From Dehalococcoidia bacterium (GTDB taxonomy: Bacteria > Chloroflexota > Dehalococcoidia > Lucifugimonadales > CAJWER01), in NCBI GenBank assembly GCA_965209165.1, contig CBDBQI010000004.1, positions 130,511-194,510 on the forward strand: a stretch of 64,000 nt of DNA, read 5' to 3'. Below are positions 63,769 through 64,000 of the stretch, piece after piece. The translations under genes and the position numbers were made by a program. Below the pieces are notes generated by a model. That model saw only the letters and a program-made list of their open reading frames with translations, was not told the origin of the DNA and made no database searches. How positions within the stretch are numbered: the stretch's first letter is position 1; each line of letters starts with the position of its first letter.

Positions 63769-64000
63769 CTACCCGCCGCGGGTTAGCGCTGGCAGCTCGG
63801 CTGCAAGCGCGTCGAGCACTTCCTGGATCTCCGAAGGCTCGACCCTGCCCATGTGGCCGATGCGCAGTATCTGGCCCTCCACGGGACCCTGGCCGCCGCC
63901 AAGCACGATGCCGTGCTCCTCGCGCAGCGCGGACAGCAGCGCGGAGTCGGACGTCCCCTCGGGCACCTTGACGGCGGTCACCGTGTCGGAGGCGACGGAC
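63769..64000 (-). CDS. Class V PLP-dependent aminotransferase (alanine-glyoxylate/serine-pyruvate type), 3' end only
   Basis: SDTVTAVKVP..GGGQG..ILRIGHMG. Confidence 0.82.
   Translation of the reverse strand, partial: SVASDTVTAVKVPEGTSDSALLSALREEHGIVLGGGQGPVEGQILRIGHMGRVEPSEIQEVLDALAAELPALTRGG

Overview
High-GC bacterial chromosomal window, most likely Chloroflexota (Dehalococcoidia/SAR202-like). This is inferred from RpoB/RpoC/FtsH sequence style, Pro/Thr-linker lipoproteins and REP-rich intergenic DNA, not from a search. Housekeeping genes (ffh, coaE, DAHP synthase, aroH, trpA, lysC, thrB, mutS2, rpoB, rpoC, ftsH) alternate with accessory blocks. (1) 6.1-10 kb: N4-C methyltransferase, XcyI-like endonuclease and trypsin-like protease, interleaved with scrambled diverged pieces of the menC-like gene at 14 kb. 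(2) 23.7-25.9 kb: HIT/DUF2283/HigA cassette closed by a dead duplicate of the coaE 5' end. (3) 26.0-28.3 kb: uncharacterised two-gene operon (unknown protein plus PD-(D/E)XK-like protein) under a LexA-box-like promoter; this is the best candidate for an undescribed defence/stress system. (4) 29.0-32.3 kb: a complete IS1380 (18-bp IRs, 5-bp TSD) next to a gene whose C-terminal half is built from REP palindromes. (5) 47.5-52.5 kb: small membrane genes, an IS1-family transposase and an unknown gene plus frameshifted dCTP deaminase. Other notable items are a CbbQ/CbbO(NorQ/NorD)-type chaperone pair flanked by CoA genes with no visible client, an LprG/P55-like pair, a TCAF/M60-like metallopeptidase lipoprotein, and two REP tandem arrays. 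RpoB carries D516Q+S522D (E. coli numbering) in the rifamycin pocket plus a tandemly duplicated insertion. No rRNA, tRNA or CRISPR array was recognised. All calls come from visual motif recognition; no database searches were run.
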